The notes under the pieces are model-generated. The model was given only the letters and a program-made list of their open reading frames with translations, was not told the DNA's origin and searched no databases. Positions 14,632 to 24,438 of a DNA stretch of 29,523 nucleotides are shown here, piece by piece. A program made the position numbers and the translations under genes. This DNA comes from a virus. Each line of letters begins with the position of its first letter. The first letter of the stretch is position 1. The stretch lies in UHGV virus genome UHGV-1542943; one strand, written 5' to 3'.

Positions 14632-15479
14632 ATGTGCATGGGTAGCTCACCATCAGTGCCTGCAACACCAGAAGTTCAGGCAGCACCACAGGAGCAGGAT
14701 GCCGCCGTTGTTGATGCCCGCGACGAAGAAACACGTCGCCGTCGCGCTGCTGCTGGTCGTAGTTCTACGCTGCTTACCGTGCGGAATATACAATCAGTGT
14801 TTCTGGTGGTGCGTACTTCACCAGTAGTGATGTCGGCGCGCAACTACAGTTCCCTTATACCGGAACTGATCCTGATACTGGCGATGAGGTGTCAAAAGAA
14901 TTACGTTGCGACATTATTTCTGTAACCAGCAATACCGCTGTAGTGGTTCGTGCTAACAGGAACGTCCCGCCATCCCTCAGGAATGTGGCCACCACGAACT
15001 GGCAGATGGCGCGCCGGACATTTGGAGGCCTGTCTCATCTTGAAGGCCAGACCGTAAACATTCTCTCTGATGCGAACGTGGAACCACAGAAAGTAGTTTC
15101 CGGAGGTGCCGTCACGCTGGAATCTCCGGGGGCTGTAGTGCACATCGGCCTGCCAATAACTGCTGAATTCGAAACACTGGATATCAACATTAGCGGACAG
15201 GAAACGCTGCTGGACAAAAAACAGGTGATCCCGTCCGTTACTCTGGTTGTGAATGCCAGTCGCGGCATCTGGGCGACTACGCCCGGCGGTAAATGGTACG
15301 AATATCCACAGCGTGAATTCGAGTTCTACGATGATCCTGTTGATGATGCTACCGGAAAAGTAGAAGTGAAACTGGACAGTAACTGGGGCAAAAACGGACG
15401 TGTAAAAATCCGTCAGCTTGACCCGTTGCCGCTGTCTGTTCTTGCCGTTATTCCTCGCCTTACTGTTGGGGGATTCTGA
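14632..15479 (+). pseudogene. Virion structural gene with an apparent single-base frameshift near 14770-14780
   Basis: Frame starting at ATG 14632 (GGAG RBS) gives MCMGSSPSVPATPEVQ..AAAGRSSTLLT; a different frame is open from 14763 to the stop at 15477-15479 (..SGGAYFTSSDVGAQLQFPYTGTD..), and that stop overlaps the next gene's start. Confidence 0.4.
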
Positions 15480-15943
15480 TGATTGATGTTCAAATTATTC
15501 CCGCTACCGAAGAGCATCTTCAGATGATTTTGCCGGATGTTCGTCAGACTGATATTGACGAACTGTATGCGGTATCGCTGATGACTACCGAAGATGCGCT
15601 GCGCGTTGGTCTGCGCACTGCGACTATGGCCTGGTCAGGGTTCGCGAACGGAGAACTGGTAACCATGTTTGGCGTATCTCCGGCGTCAATGATCGGTGGC
15701 AATGGTACGCCCTGGCTGGTCGGGACCAGCCGTATTGAAAAATATCAGAAGACATTTCTTCGCCACTGCCGACCTGTATTGCAGCAGATGCTGGCAGTTT
15801 ATCCGCGCCTGGAAAACTACGTCGACGAGCGAAACCATGTTGCCAAAGCATGGCTGCACTGGCTTGGATTTAGGCTTGAAGAAGTCGCGCCTTATGGTGC
15901 TCTTGGTCTTAATTTCCACAGATTTCACATGGAGAGAAAATAA
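15479..15943 (+). CDS. Small virion/assembly protein, first of the coupled internal-protein operon
   Basis: 154 aa; ATG overlaps the previous stop (TGATG) and its stop overlaps the next start (TAATG). Assignment by position. Confidence 0.45.
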   Translation: MIDVQIIPATEEHLQMILPDVRQTDIDELYAVSLMTTEDALRVGLRTATMAWSGFANGELVTMFGVSPASMIGGNGTPWLVGTSRIEKYQKTFLRHCRPVLQQMLAVYPRLENYVDERNHVAKAWLHWLGFRLEEVAPYGALGLNFHRFHMERK

Positions 15944-16518
15944 TGTGCGATCCGGTTATTGCTGGTGGCGCAATGCTCGCCATGAGTGGCATTCAGGCAT
16001 ACACCCAGTACCAACAGGGAAAGTATGCCTCGAAGGTTGCAGAAGCGAACGCAGATATAGCCACAGCTCAGGCAAATGATGCAATAAACAGAGGTAACGC
16101 TGAAGCTGAGCAACGGCGCAGAGAGACCCGACAGCGGCTTGGTACACAGGCGGCGACAATGGGGGCTACCGGCGCTGATTTATCTACAGGTAACGCGCTG
16201 GATATATTTGGTGACACTGCTCAGTTTGGTGCTCTTGATTCGCTAACGACGGTGAATAACGCGCAACGCGAGGCTTACGGTTATCAGGTTCAGGCTGCCA
16301 ACTATAAAGCAGAAGCCAGTTTAGCCCGTAAACAGGGGAATGTGGGAGCAGCAACAACATTGCTCACTGCGCCTCTGAAGGCATACGGTGCGTACCAGAT
16401 GTTTGGTGGGACGTGGAGTCCGTTCTCTAAAGGAAGTACATCTAGTGGTGGGACGCCAATGTTATCTAACTCAGGTTTTATGAATTCTGACTCCCGATTC
16501 AAAATAGGAGGTTACTGA
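15943..16518 (+). CDS. Internal virion protein (T7 gp14-like)
   Basis: 191 aa beginning MCDPVIAGGAMLAMSGIQAYTQ..., similar in length and N-terminal pattern to T7 gp14 (MCWAAAIPIAISGAQAISG.., recalled from memory); Ala/Gln-rich. Confidence 0.5.
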   Translation: MCDPVIAGGAMLAMSGIQAYTQYQQGKYASKVAEANADIATAQANDAINRGNAEAEQRRRETRQRLGTQAATMGATGADLSTGNALDIFGDTAQFGALDSLTTVNNAQREAYGYQVQAANYKAEASLARKQGNVGAATTLLTAPLKAYGAYQMFGGTWSPFSKGSTSSGGTPMLSNSGFMNSDSRFKIGGY

Positions 16519-19265
16519 TGCCTGTTGTTCCTACTACATCCGGACGCCAGGTGCAAAGTCGTGGTGTGCAAACCGGTGGTTTTCAGATCTTCGATGTTCC
16601 TCAAGCAGGTCAGGTGCTGGCGAATGTCGCAGATCAGTATGCGGTGGCATATGGTGAAGCCAGGCAGAAAGCGAATGTTGCTATAGCCCAGGAGGCGTTA
16701 CTGCAATTTAACCAATTTGCAGATGACCAGATTAACAACCCTGAAAGTGGGCTGATTTCTAAACAGGGTAAAAACGCTCTTGGTCAGAGTGACGCTGTTA
16801 TGAAAAATATGCAGGAAAGGGCTCAGGCATTATTAGGCTCAATTCCTGAAAGTGAGGAAAGGAATAAATTATCCTTTCAACTCCAGCAGTCTATGCAGTC
16901 TTATTACAATCAGGCACGTCGATATGAAGTTGGGCAGTTTCAGCAATTCCAAGATCAAACGTATTTGTCAGGAAATGCATTGGCTGTCACTCAGTCTGCG
17001 GGGCTATATAGCGATAACCAAGCATTTGTCGATTTAGCCAAGCAGCGATTTGAATCTATTGATCAATACGCTGATGCGCATGGGCTTCCTGATGAGTGGC
17101 GTGTTCAGCAGAAAACTCAGCTCAAGGAACAAATGGGGCAGCAAGCATGGATAGGAAATATCGCTCAAAAATACAACGAGTTTCTTCAGGTTAATGGAGA
17201 GCCAGGGGATCTTGATGGTGTGAGTCGTGCAATATCACATGGTAATTCATTGGATGCTCGTGGTTTACGTAATAATAACCCTGGTAATATTGAAGCGAGC
17301 AAATCTAACCCGTGGGAAGGTCAGATCGGTAGCGATGGACGTTTTGCAACGTTTGCTACCCCTGAGCATGGAATCCGCGCGTTGGGTAAAAATATGTTGT
17401 CTTACCAGCGTCAAGGCTATGACACCGTTAGCGAGATTGTTAATCGCTATGCTCCGGTTAGTGATGGTAATAATACTGATGCTTATATTAGGGCATTGTG
17501 TGGTGAGCTTGGTGTTGGGGAGAATGATCAGCTTGATATCTCTAACCCAAAGACACTAGCTGCTTTATGTGCTGGGATTATTAAACACGAAAATGGCAGT
17601 ATGCCTTATAGCACCGAACAGCTTGAAACTGGTATCTCGGCAGCCCTTGGTCTAACTAACCTTGATTCACCTAAGCGTTATACGGGCAATGCGGCATTTG
17701 ATGCTATGAGCCCTCAAATGCAAATACAGGCATTGAGGCAGGCTAATGAGCTGAGAAATCAGTACCGCCAGCAGTATGCGGACCAGCTTAGCACCGTAGT
17801 TAAAGATGCATATTCAGCCCTTGATGAAGGATTGAAACCTGAGCAGTTACCTTCTGAGGACGATTTTATCCGGGCCAATGGTCCGCGCATTGGCGCTATG
17901 AAGTGGAAGGATATGCAGGCGCAGATACAATATGGAGGTGTCATTGGTGCCGCTAAAGACCTCACTCCAGAAGGACGACAAGACATTCTTGAACGTTTAC
18001 GTCCACAGGATCCAAACGCTCCTGGATTTGCAGCTAACCAGCAACGCTGGGAGAAAATGCAGGCCAAATTTAAAGAGATGGATAGGGAGTGGGAGATTCA
18101 GCAGGGAAGAAACAGGTTCGTGTCTTCAATGCAAAATAACTTCCCGCTGGACTCGAACGACAAAAACAATCAGGCAGCGGTAGACCGTTATTTCGCGCAG
18201 GATATCGCGCCTTCGTTTTCCATATCTGATCCGCAGAGCATCAATACACTGGTCACCGTCACAACTAAAAGCGGCATGATACCAACTCAGGTTAAAACAA
18301 TGCTTAACAGTGGAGCAACATCAAGAGATCCTGCGCTGGTTGTCCCGATGGCAAAATTCTACGGTCAGTTATTCGATAATAATCCGGCGGCAGCGGCAAC
18401 ACTTGATAAAAGTACGATGGCATTTTACGGCAAGGTTTACGATTATTCCCGCGCTGGCGTGCCGGAGGATAAGGCTGTTGATATGGCTTACAGCCAGGTG
18501 TTCCAACAGGATGACCGAATGAAACAGATGCTTTCCACTGCCATGCGAGACAAAAAATATGTCGCGGCGAGGGCAACTGCTGCACAAAATAACGCCAGCA
18601 GTCTGACTTCCTTTGGTTCGTGGTCTCCGGATATTACCGATCCAGGAAAATCAAATGCGGCCTATCAGCGAGATTACCAGACAATTTACGATGCTAACTT
18701 TGTACAGACAGGTGGCGATGCAGAACAGGCTGAGAAAATGACCAATGCCATGATCAGAACCACTTGGGGAGTTTCTACGGTTAATGGCAAAGCAGAGGTT
18801 ATGAAGTATGCACCTGAGGCATTGTACGGAGTAAATAATGGTGCTGGTAACTGGATACAGGGGCAGTGGGAGCAGGAAAAACGCGAGCTTAAATCAAAAT
18901 CCTTTGGCGGTCCTCGCAGTGATACGGACTTAATACTTGTTTCTGATGGCCTTACGGCAAGGGATAGGAGTTATGCTGTTATGGTTTTACAGCCTGACGC
19001 AAACGGAGCGATAGAACCGAGAAATTATATTGGAGAAAATGGTCTCCCTGTTCGTTTCAAGCCGGATCAGCTGACATCTCCAATGTACAGGCAAACCATT
19101 CAGTTCCAGCAACAGCGTGTTGATGAGGCTAGAGTGCGGAGAGAAGGCAATCCGCTGCCGCAGTTCAGCAATAAAGATGGATATACTCCTCCAGATCTGA
19201 CCAAACCATTCGGTTATGGTTCAGCCAATTACCTTCCGAGCAATATATACGCAGGGGGCAAATAA
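16518..19265 (+). CDS. Large internal virion / ejection protein (915 aa)
   Basis: Translationally coupled large protein in the gp15/gp16 position of podovirus structural operons; no catalytic motif confirmed. Confidence 0.55.
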   Translation: MPVVPTTSGRQVQSRGVQTGGFQIFDVPQAGQVLANVADQYAVAYGEARQKANVAIAQEALLQFNQFADDQINNPESGLISKQGKNALGQSDAVMKNMQERAQALLGSIPESEERNKLSFQLQQSMQSYYNQARRYEVGQFQQFQDQTYLSGNALAVTQSAGLYSDNQAFVDLAKQRFESIDQYADAHGLPDEWRVQQKTQLKEQMGQQAWIGNIAQKYNEFLQVNGEPGDLDGVSRAISHGNSLDARGLRNNNPGNIEASKSNPWEGQIGSDGRFATFATPEHGIRALGKNMLSYQRQGYDTVSEIVNRYAPVSDGNNTDAYIRALCGELGVGENDQLDISNPKTLAALCAGIIKHENGSMPYSTEQLETGISAALGLTNLDSPKRYTGNAAFDAMSPQMQIQALRQANELRNQYRQQYADQLSTVVKDAYSALDEGLKPEQLPSEDDFIRANGPRIGAMKWKDMQAQIQYGGVIGAAKDLTPEGRQDILERLRPQDPNAPGFAANQQRWEKMQAKFKEMDREWEIQQGRNRFVSSMQNNFPLDSNDKNNQAAVDRYFAQDIAPSFSISDPQSINTLVTVTTKSGMIPTQVKTMLNSGATSRDPALVVPMAKFYGQLFDNNPAAAATLDKSTMAFYGKVYDYSRAGVPEDKAVDMAYSQVFQQDDRMKQMLSTAMRDKKYVAARATAAQNNASSLTSFGSWSPDITDPGKSNAAYQRDYQTIYDANFVQTGGDAEQAEKMTNAMIRTTWGVSTVNGKAEVMKYAPEALYGVNNGAGNWIQGQWEQEKRELKSKSFGGPRSDTDLILVSDGLTARDRSYAVMVLQPDANGAIEPRNYIGENGLPVRFKPDQLTSPMYRQTIQFQQQRVDEARVRREGNPLPQFSNKDGYTPPDLTKPFGYGSANYLPSNIYAGGK

Positions 19266-22200
19266 TGCCGATATATGAACAGGATCCTAAAGAGTTGCTT
19301 GGCGAGGATATTCAGCAAATAGCAGCACCTGATGACAGTAATTTCTATATGGAAACACCTTCTTTGCTTTCTGCTGTGAACCCATTTACCAGTGATCAAC
19401 GCGTTCAAAGGTCTAGACAAGCAGCATTTCGTATAGATAACACGCTGGGTAGCTTTATTGCCAGTGCTCCTTTCAGTCAGTTTGACAGGGTTGAAGGATA
19501 TAACCCATTTGATAACGATGCAGCAGATATTAAAGGCTATGAAGATTTTGCAGATTCGTTTATCAACTCCGGTTCGCCTGAAGAAACAATGGCAATTAAA
19601 CATCGAATCGATCAGCAGAGAGCTGACATGGAATACAATTCAGGCTTGGGATTTGCTGGTACAGTCTCTTCTGTAGCAATGAGATTAGCAGATCCATTCA
19701 ATGCGATTTCTATGTTTATTCCGTTCGGCGCTGTCGTTCGTGGCGGTCGTATTGCAGAAACAGCCGGGCGTTTTGCCCTGGCGAATGCTGCTGGCAGTGT
19801 TGCTTCAGAGGCCGCATTACAGGCCACTCAGGAAGCTCGCTCACCGATGGAGAGCGTATCGAACGTTGTTGTTGATGCTCTCGTTGGTGGGATCCTTGGT
19901 GCTGGTGCACAGCTACTTGCTGGACCTGGCGCGCGCGAGGCAGTGGTTAACTCAGTAGGTAATCATTTGCGAGGTATGGATTCTCCTCAAAGCATTGGTG
20001 CAGCTCAGGTTTTCAATACCACACTCGATCAGGAACAGCTCGCTGGACTTGGACTTGCTAACAAAACGTTGAGTGTCACTCCTGCTGGCCGCTTGGCGCA
20101 ATCACCATCTCTTGTCTCCCGTCAGATTAACCAGCAGCTTGCCGAAAATAACTATTTCTTCGCCAAAAATGATGAGGGGTTGGCTACGTTTACGGCAGTC
20201 GAGACTAAGATTAAGCAATACGACGCCATGCTTTATAAGCAGATGGAAGCCACTCGTGATGCTTACCAGCAGTACAGCAAATCTGTTAGCGCCCGCGGCG
20301 TGAAGAGGATGAACTTTATTGATTTCAATGAAGCTGTTGGCATGGCTATGCGCCGTGGTGATCAGAGTGATATTCCTGAGGTTTCACAAGCAGCCGCCAG
20401 AATCCGCCCCATTTTCGAGACCACAAAAGCCCGTATGCAGGAACTGGGGATCCTTCCTAAGGATATCGATGTCGTGACGGCGAAAAGTTATCTTCCCCGC
20501 ATTTATAAGTTCGATAAGATACTTTCCGACCGCACTGAATTCAGAGGGCGAATTGCCAACTGGATACAAGGGATTAGTGCCAAAGGTGCTGACAAAGCAG
20601 GTCAGCGAATTGAAAGGATAAATTCATTGCTAAAAACTGCAGAGGAATCGGCACCGCACGCTGATGCTCTCGCTAGTGAAATCGCTGAAGCGGAGAAATG
20701 GTCTGGTAAAAAAATTCTACTCATGGAAGAACTGGATAAACGAAATAAGCTTATATCTCAGGAGACTGACACACAGGCGCGTCTTACAAGAATAGAAAAA
20801 GAGTTGGCCGAGACTTCATCAGAAAAACTTCAGGCAAGAATGATGAAAGAAAGCTCTGACCTTAAAACACGCCTTGATGATATAGCGCAGGCAAAGAGTG
20901 AGCTTCCTGTCTATCAGCGCCATATGGAGTTGTTGGATAATCCACGGAAATATCGTTCTGAGCTTCGCCGACTGCAAAAACGGGCAAATTCAACCACAAG
21001 GCTGAATGCAAGCCGCGAACGAGCACTGAAGCAGATGGAGCCTCTATCCCGAGAGGAAGCAGAGGACGCTGCTGACGAGATCGTGAATAAAATAATAGGC
21101 GCACCTTCCGGGCTTGTACCAGCCGATATTATCCCAGAGAGACTCGTTGGTCGGGCTGGTTTCACTAAAAGCAGAACGCTGCTTATTCCTGATGAGCGTA
21201 TAGAAGATTTTCTTGAATCAGATGTTAACTACATCATGGAAAGTTATCTCCGGCAGGTGGCACCAGAAATTGAGCTGACTGCGCAGTTTGGCCGTAAAGA
21301 TATGGGGGAGCAAATCCGTCAGGTTAGTGAGGAATATACCCGGCTAATAAAAGAGGCTAAAACACCTAAACGACGTGCAGTTCTTGAGAAGCAACGGGAG
21401 GCTGATATTAGGGATATTACGGCTATGCGTGATCGACTGCTTGGTACTTACGGTGCACCTCAAGATCCACGCAGTTTCTTTGTTCGTGCCGGGCGAGTTG
21501 CTAGGAATATTAACTTCCTCCGTTTGCTTGGTGGAATGACCGTCTCCGCTGCAACTGATCTGATGCGACCGATGATGCAGCATGGCCTGAGAAAATCTCT
21601 CGGACCAATGGTAAGCATGCTTAAAAATATGGACTCAGTGAAGATTGCAACCAGGGATTTGCGAGAAATGGCCGTTGGGCTTGATTATGTCCTGTCTACG
21701 CGTACAAAGGCTATAGCGGATCTTACTGACCCATATAGCCGGAGAAGCGCCGCTGAGCGAGGCCTGAACTGGATGACGCAGAAATTCGGTAACTGGACGC
21801 TGATGAATCAGTGGAACAGCGCACTTAAATCATGGTCCGGGATGATAGTGCAGTCGAGGATACTTGACGCGGCTCGCCAAGTTTCTGCTGGTGGCACGCT
21901 CTCCAAAAGTGAAATGCGGAAGATGGCACAGGTCGGCATCAATGAAGATGTTCTGCGCCGAATCGGGGAGCAATTCGGGAAGCACGGAGAGGATATGGAC
22001 GGGCTGTTAACCGGGCATAGTCATCTGTGGGATGACCGTTTCGCTAGAGAGATTTTCCAGTCTGCAGTGCTGAAAGATGTAGACTCAGTGATTGTAACGC
22101 CTGGCGTAGGTGATACACCGCTGTTTTTTAGTAAAGAAGGCTGGAAGATGATCACGCAGTTCAAAACGTTTATCTTCGCACAGCATAACAGGGTGCTAGT

Positions 22201-22654
22201 ATCTGGTATCCAGCAGGGCGATGCTGCATTCTATCTTGGTGCGCTTGGCACGATTGCGCTTGGCTCAATGGTCTATATGATGAAACAGAAGTTAAGCGGT
22301 CGCGATATCGACTACAGCTGGAATAACCTTGTGAAAGAGGGGATCGACCGGGGCGGAATGCTTGGCTGGCTCTCTGAGCCGCTGAATACCGTTGAGAACA
22401 TAAGCGGCGGTAGGTTTGGTCTTGGCGCGATGTTTGGTGCGCCTCCGGTATCAAGGTTTCAGAGTCGTAATGCTATTGGTGCTTTACTTGGTCCTACCTT
22501 TGATCTTGGCGGTGATGCCGCGACGGTTGCGAATGGTGTACTTAACGGAGAATTTGACAGCCAGCAAACCCACGCGGTCCGTAAAATGCTACCTTTTCAG
22601 AACCTGTGGGCAATATCACCGTTACTAAATAAAGTTGAAGAGCAGATGAAATAG
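19265..22654 (+). CDS. Large internal virion / ejection protein (1129 aa)
   Basis: Second giant coupled ORF; coiled-coil-rich middle region (..KELAETSSEKLQARMMKESSDLKTRLDDIAQAKSEL..); hydrophobic Gly/Ala-rich C-terminal segments. Confidence 0.55.
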   Translation: MPIYEQDPKELLGEDIQQIAAPDDSNFYMETPSLLSAVNPFTSDQRVQRSRQAAFRIDNTLGSFIASAPFSQFDRVEGYNPFDNDAADIKGYEDFADSFINSGSPEETMAIKHRIDQQRADMEYNSGLGFAGTVSSVAMRLADPFNAISMFIPFGAVVRGGRIAETAGRFALANAAGSVASEAALQATQEARSPMESVSNVVVDALVGGILGAGAQLLAGPGAREAVVNSVGNHLRGMDSPQSIGAAQVFNTTLDQEQLAGLGLANKTLSVTPAGRLAQSPSLVSRQINQQLAENNYFFAKNDEGLATFTAVETKIKQYDAMLYKQMEATRDAYQQYSKSVSARGVKRMNFIDFNEAVGMAMRRGDQSDIPEVSQAAARIRPIFETTKARMQELGILPKDIDVVTAKSYLPRIYKFDKILSDRTEFRGRIANWIQGISAKGADKAGQRIERINSLLKTAEESAPHADALASEIAEAEKWSGKKILLMEELDKRNKLISQETDTQARLTRIEKELAETSSEKLQARMMKESSDLKTRLDDIAQAKSELPVYQRHMELLDNPRKYRSELRRLQKRANSTTRLNASRERALKQMEPLSREEAEDAADEIVNKIIGAPSGLVPADIIPERLVGRAGFTKSRTLLIPDERIEDFLESDVNYIMESYLRQVAPEIELTAQFGRKDMGEQIRQVSEEYTRLIKEAKTPKRRAVLEKQREADIRDITAMRDRLLGTYGAPQDPRSFFVRAGRVARNINFLRLLGGMTVSAATDLMRPMMQHGLRKSLGPMVSMLKNMDSVKIATRDLREMAVGLDYVLSTRTKAIADLTDPYSRRSAAERGLNWMTQKFGNWTLMNQWNSALKSWSGMIVQSRILDAARQVSAGGTLSKSEMRKMAQVGINEDVLRRIGEQFGKHGEDMDGLLTGHSHLWDDRFAREIFQSAVLKDVDSVIVTPGVGDTPLFFSKEGWKMITQFKTFIFAQHNRVLVSGIQQGDAAFYLGALGTIALGSMVYMMKQKLSGRDIDYSWNNLVKEGIDRGGMLGWLSEPLNTVENISGGRFGLGAMFGAPPVSRFQSRNAIGALLGPTFDLGGDAATVANGVLNGEFDSQQTHAVRKMLPFQNLWAISPLLNKVEEQMK

Positions 22655-22655
22655 G

Positions 22656-23507
22656 ATGAAAAAAATAAATTTGTTTTTTGGCATAGTGCTTTCAATAGTC
22701 TCTGTAAATCCTACAGCTGCCAGTTCATTGCAATGCAATAAGGATAACTTTGATGCATGCAAAACGTGTGAACAATTATCAAAGGCTATCGACTTAAAAG
22801 AACCTAATCGTGGCGATTACTATAGAGGGGCTTTATGGAATGGGCTTTACGCCTCTTATGTAATTAATTGCCCTGTGGTTGCTGAGAAGTTACTGAGCCA
22901 TGGTGCTATACCATCATATGGCGGATATATGGGGTCTATGGGGGCGGTTCTGACAGGAAAATGGCCTCATAACAATGAATCAATAAATCTTTCATGGGCA
23001 GATTTGCTTATAAAACATGGATTTGATGTTAATAGGCATACGGGGAATTATAAATCAGCTACTGAAGTATGGGCTATAGATAAAAAACAGATTGAATATA
23101 AGTCAGTTTTTGACAAGTTAATTCAATCCAGCGAAGTAAAACCACTCGATCCTTCAAGAAATTTAGAATGGTGTGCGTCTGAAGGGTATCGCTCAGTTGT
23201 CGTTTATTCCCTTAACTCATGTATAGAAAATGCTATAAAACGTTTGGATGATGGTGTTTCTTCAGCGTCTGATATTTCATCAGCAGCCGTAAATTCCTGT
23301 ACTAGCGATGTAGAAAATTTCAATAAGCATTTGGTATGCAAAGCAGCTGTTAAAGAAAACTCTGATAAAGAGAGAAGCAACGTTTACCAGTTATTAACCA
23401 GTGATAGTCAAATGAATAAAAATGTTATTGATATGCTGAAGGAAAGAAATATTGAAACGGTTCTTGAATTTAGAGCTGAAAATCGATCAGCGAAAACTGC
23501 ACAGTGA
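22656..23507 (+). CDS. AT-rich cargo gene encoding a secreted/periplasmic Cys-containing protein (283 aa)
   Basis: Sec-type signal peptide MKKINLFFGIVLSIVSVNPTAAS; ATG 2 nt after the stop of the 1129-aa gene; markedly AT-rich; followed by a terminator. Confidence 0.6.
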   Translation: MKKINLFFGIVLSIVSVNPTAASSLQCNKDNFDACKTCEQLSKAIDLKEPNRGDYYRGALWNGLYASYVINCPVVAEKLLSHGAIPSYGGYMGSMGAVLTGKWPHNNESINLSWADLLIKHGFDVNRHTGNYKSATEVWAIDKKQIEYKSVFDKLIQSSEVKPLDPSRNLEWCASEGYRSVVVYSLNSCIENAIKRLDDGVSSASDISSAAVNSCTSDVENFNKHLVCKAAVKENSDKERSNVYQLLTSDSQMNKNVIDMLKERNIETVLEFRAENRSAKTAQ

Positions 23508-23510
23508 TCA

Positions 23511-23538
23511 AACAGGCCGCTTTCGCGGCCTTGTTTTT
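23511..23538 (+). terminator. Rho-independent terminator ending the late operon
   Basis: GGCCGC-tttc-GCGGCC followed by TTGTTTTT. Confidence 0.7.
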
Positions 23539-23575
23539 AACGAATGCCACCGCCACCCGGGCGGGAATCCGCAGA

Positions 23576-23600
23576 CACAAAAAAGCCCGCAACGCGGGCT
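23576..23600 (-). terminator. Rho-independent terminator for the minus-strand toxin operon
   Basis: GCCCGC-gttg-GCGGGC followed by TTTTTT on the minus strand, immediately after the stop at 23600-23602. Confidence 0.65.
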
Positions 23601-24137
23601 TATTCCTTCCATTTATCAGAAAAAAGATCTTCTTCTAAAGGCATTGGTTCTGTTTTTGTTTTCTGAAAGAATTGATAACTGATAGTGATTGCTGCCTCTT
23701 TAAACTCTTCTTGCTCAGTTATGTTGTGGGCATCTGCGTCAACAAAAAACATAACCAGCGCATCACGATTGTGATTTACCGAATAAACTAAAAAGCAATC
23801 ACTTGTTGGTATGCATTTTACTTGCACAGACGCTATATGCATCCCAAGATGATTTTTTACCAGTGTGTTTTTTATCACTATCTTCTGGAATATAGTCTTG
23901 GTTATCGACATGAGTATGCCTGACATTTAGTTTAAGCATTTCTGTCGGACGAGCAAATGCAGCATCTTTACCAAGAGATGGATGGTATCCCGTTTTCCAA
24001 TACTGGGTAAAGGCATCAGATACTTTCTTCAGCTCAAGATCAGATGCACAAAGGGCCGAGAAATTTTGCGTATGCAATACTCGACCCTTATATCTGACAA
24101 TTTGATTTTTATCATTCTGCGACGCAGACGAACTCAT
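23600..24137 (-). pseudogene. YafO-like toxin gene split across two overlapping frames (23799-24137 and 23600-23926)
   Basis: Frame A (MSSSASQ...LGKDAAFARPTEMLKLNVRHTHV) and frame B (..SDCFLVYSVNHNRDALVMFFV..) each resemble consecutive parts of E. coli YafO as recalled from memory (..FGRDALY...VAHIHL..., ..AHLVYCQGAFDEQAWLL..). The 128-nt overlap contains two T6/A6 homopolymer tracts (23853-23858, 23868-23873). Confidence 0.4.
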
Positions 24138-24291
24138 AATTTTCCTTATTGTTACGAGAATCAAAGAAAGCGCGGGATACGCGACTTGCGTGATCTTTTG
24201 TCATAGTAACTTTTACGTACTCTACGCTTCCATTGAAAGAACGTCTTGCGGCAGCTTGCGCTCTACGCATCTGCAATTTTTCGTTTCGCAT
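24112..24291 (-). CDS. Small basic protein (59 aa) upstream of and overlapping the toxin-like gene; candidate antitoxin
   Basis: MRNEKLQMRRAQAAARRSFNGSVEYVKVTMTKDHASRVSRAFF...; its stop overlaps the toxin start by 26 nt, and the toxin ATG has an AAGGAAAA RBS. Not similar to YafN by eye. Confidence 0.4.
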   Translation of the reverse strand: MRNEKLQMRRAQAAARRSFNGSVEYVKVTMTKDHASRVSRAFFDSRNNKENYEFVCVAE

Positions 24292-24351
24292 GACATTACC
24301 TCATATCTCATAAGTTCATTACACGGATTAATAAAAATGAAACCAATCCGT

Positions 24352-24366
24352 TTACCCTTGAGGTAA
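24352..24366. promoter_or_regulatory. Operator TTACCCTTGAGGTAA (perfect)
   Basis: Between the antirepressor gene end and the toxin operon start. Confidence 0.6.
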
Positions 24367-24438
24367 TAGTACGCTATTCACCCACAGTCTGCAATCTGTA
24401 CAGAATTATTTAAAGGCACATCCCTGTGCCGCCGCCCG

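Noticed and set aside
16852-22628. Multiple 60-110 aa ORFs inside the two giant virion protein genes
   Set aside because: Alternative-frame or antisense ORFs within long, translationally coupled genes; no independent start signals.
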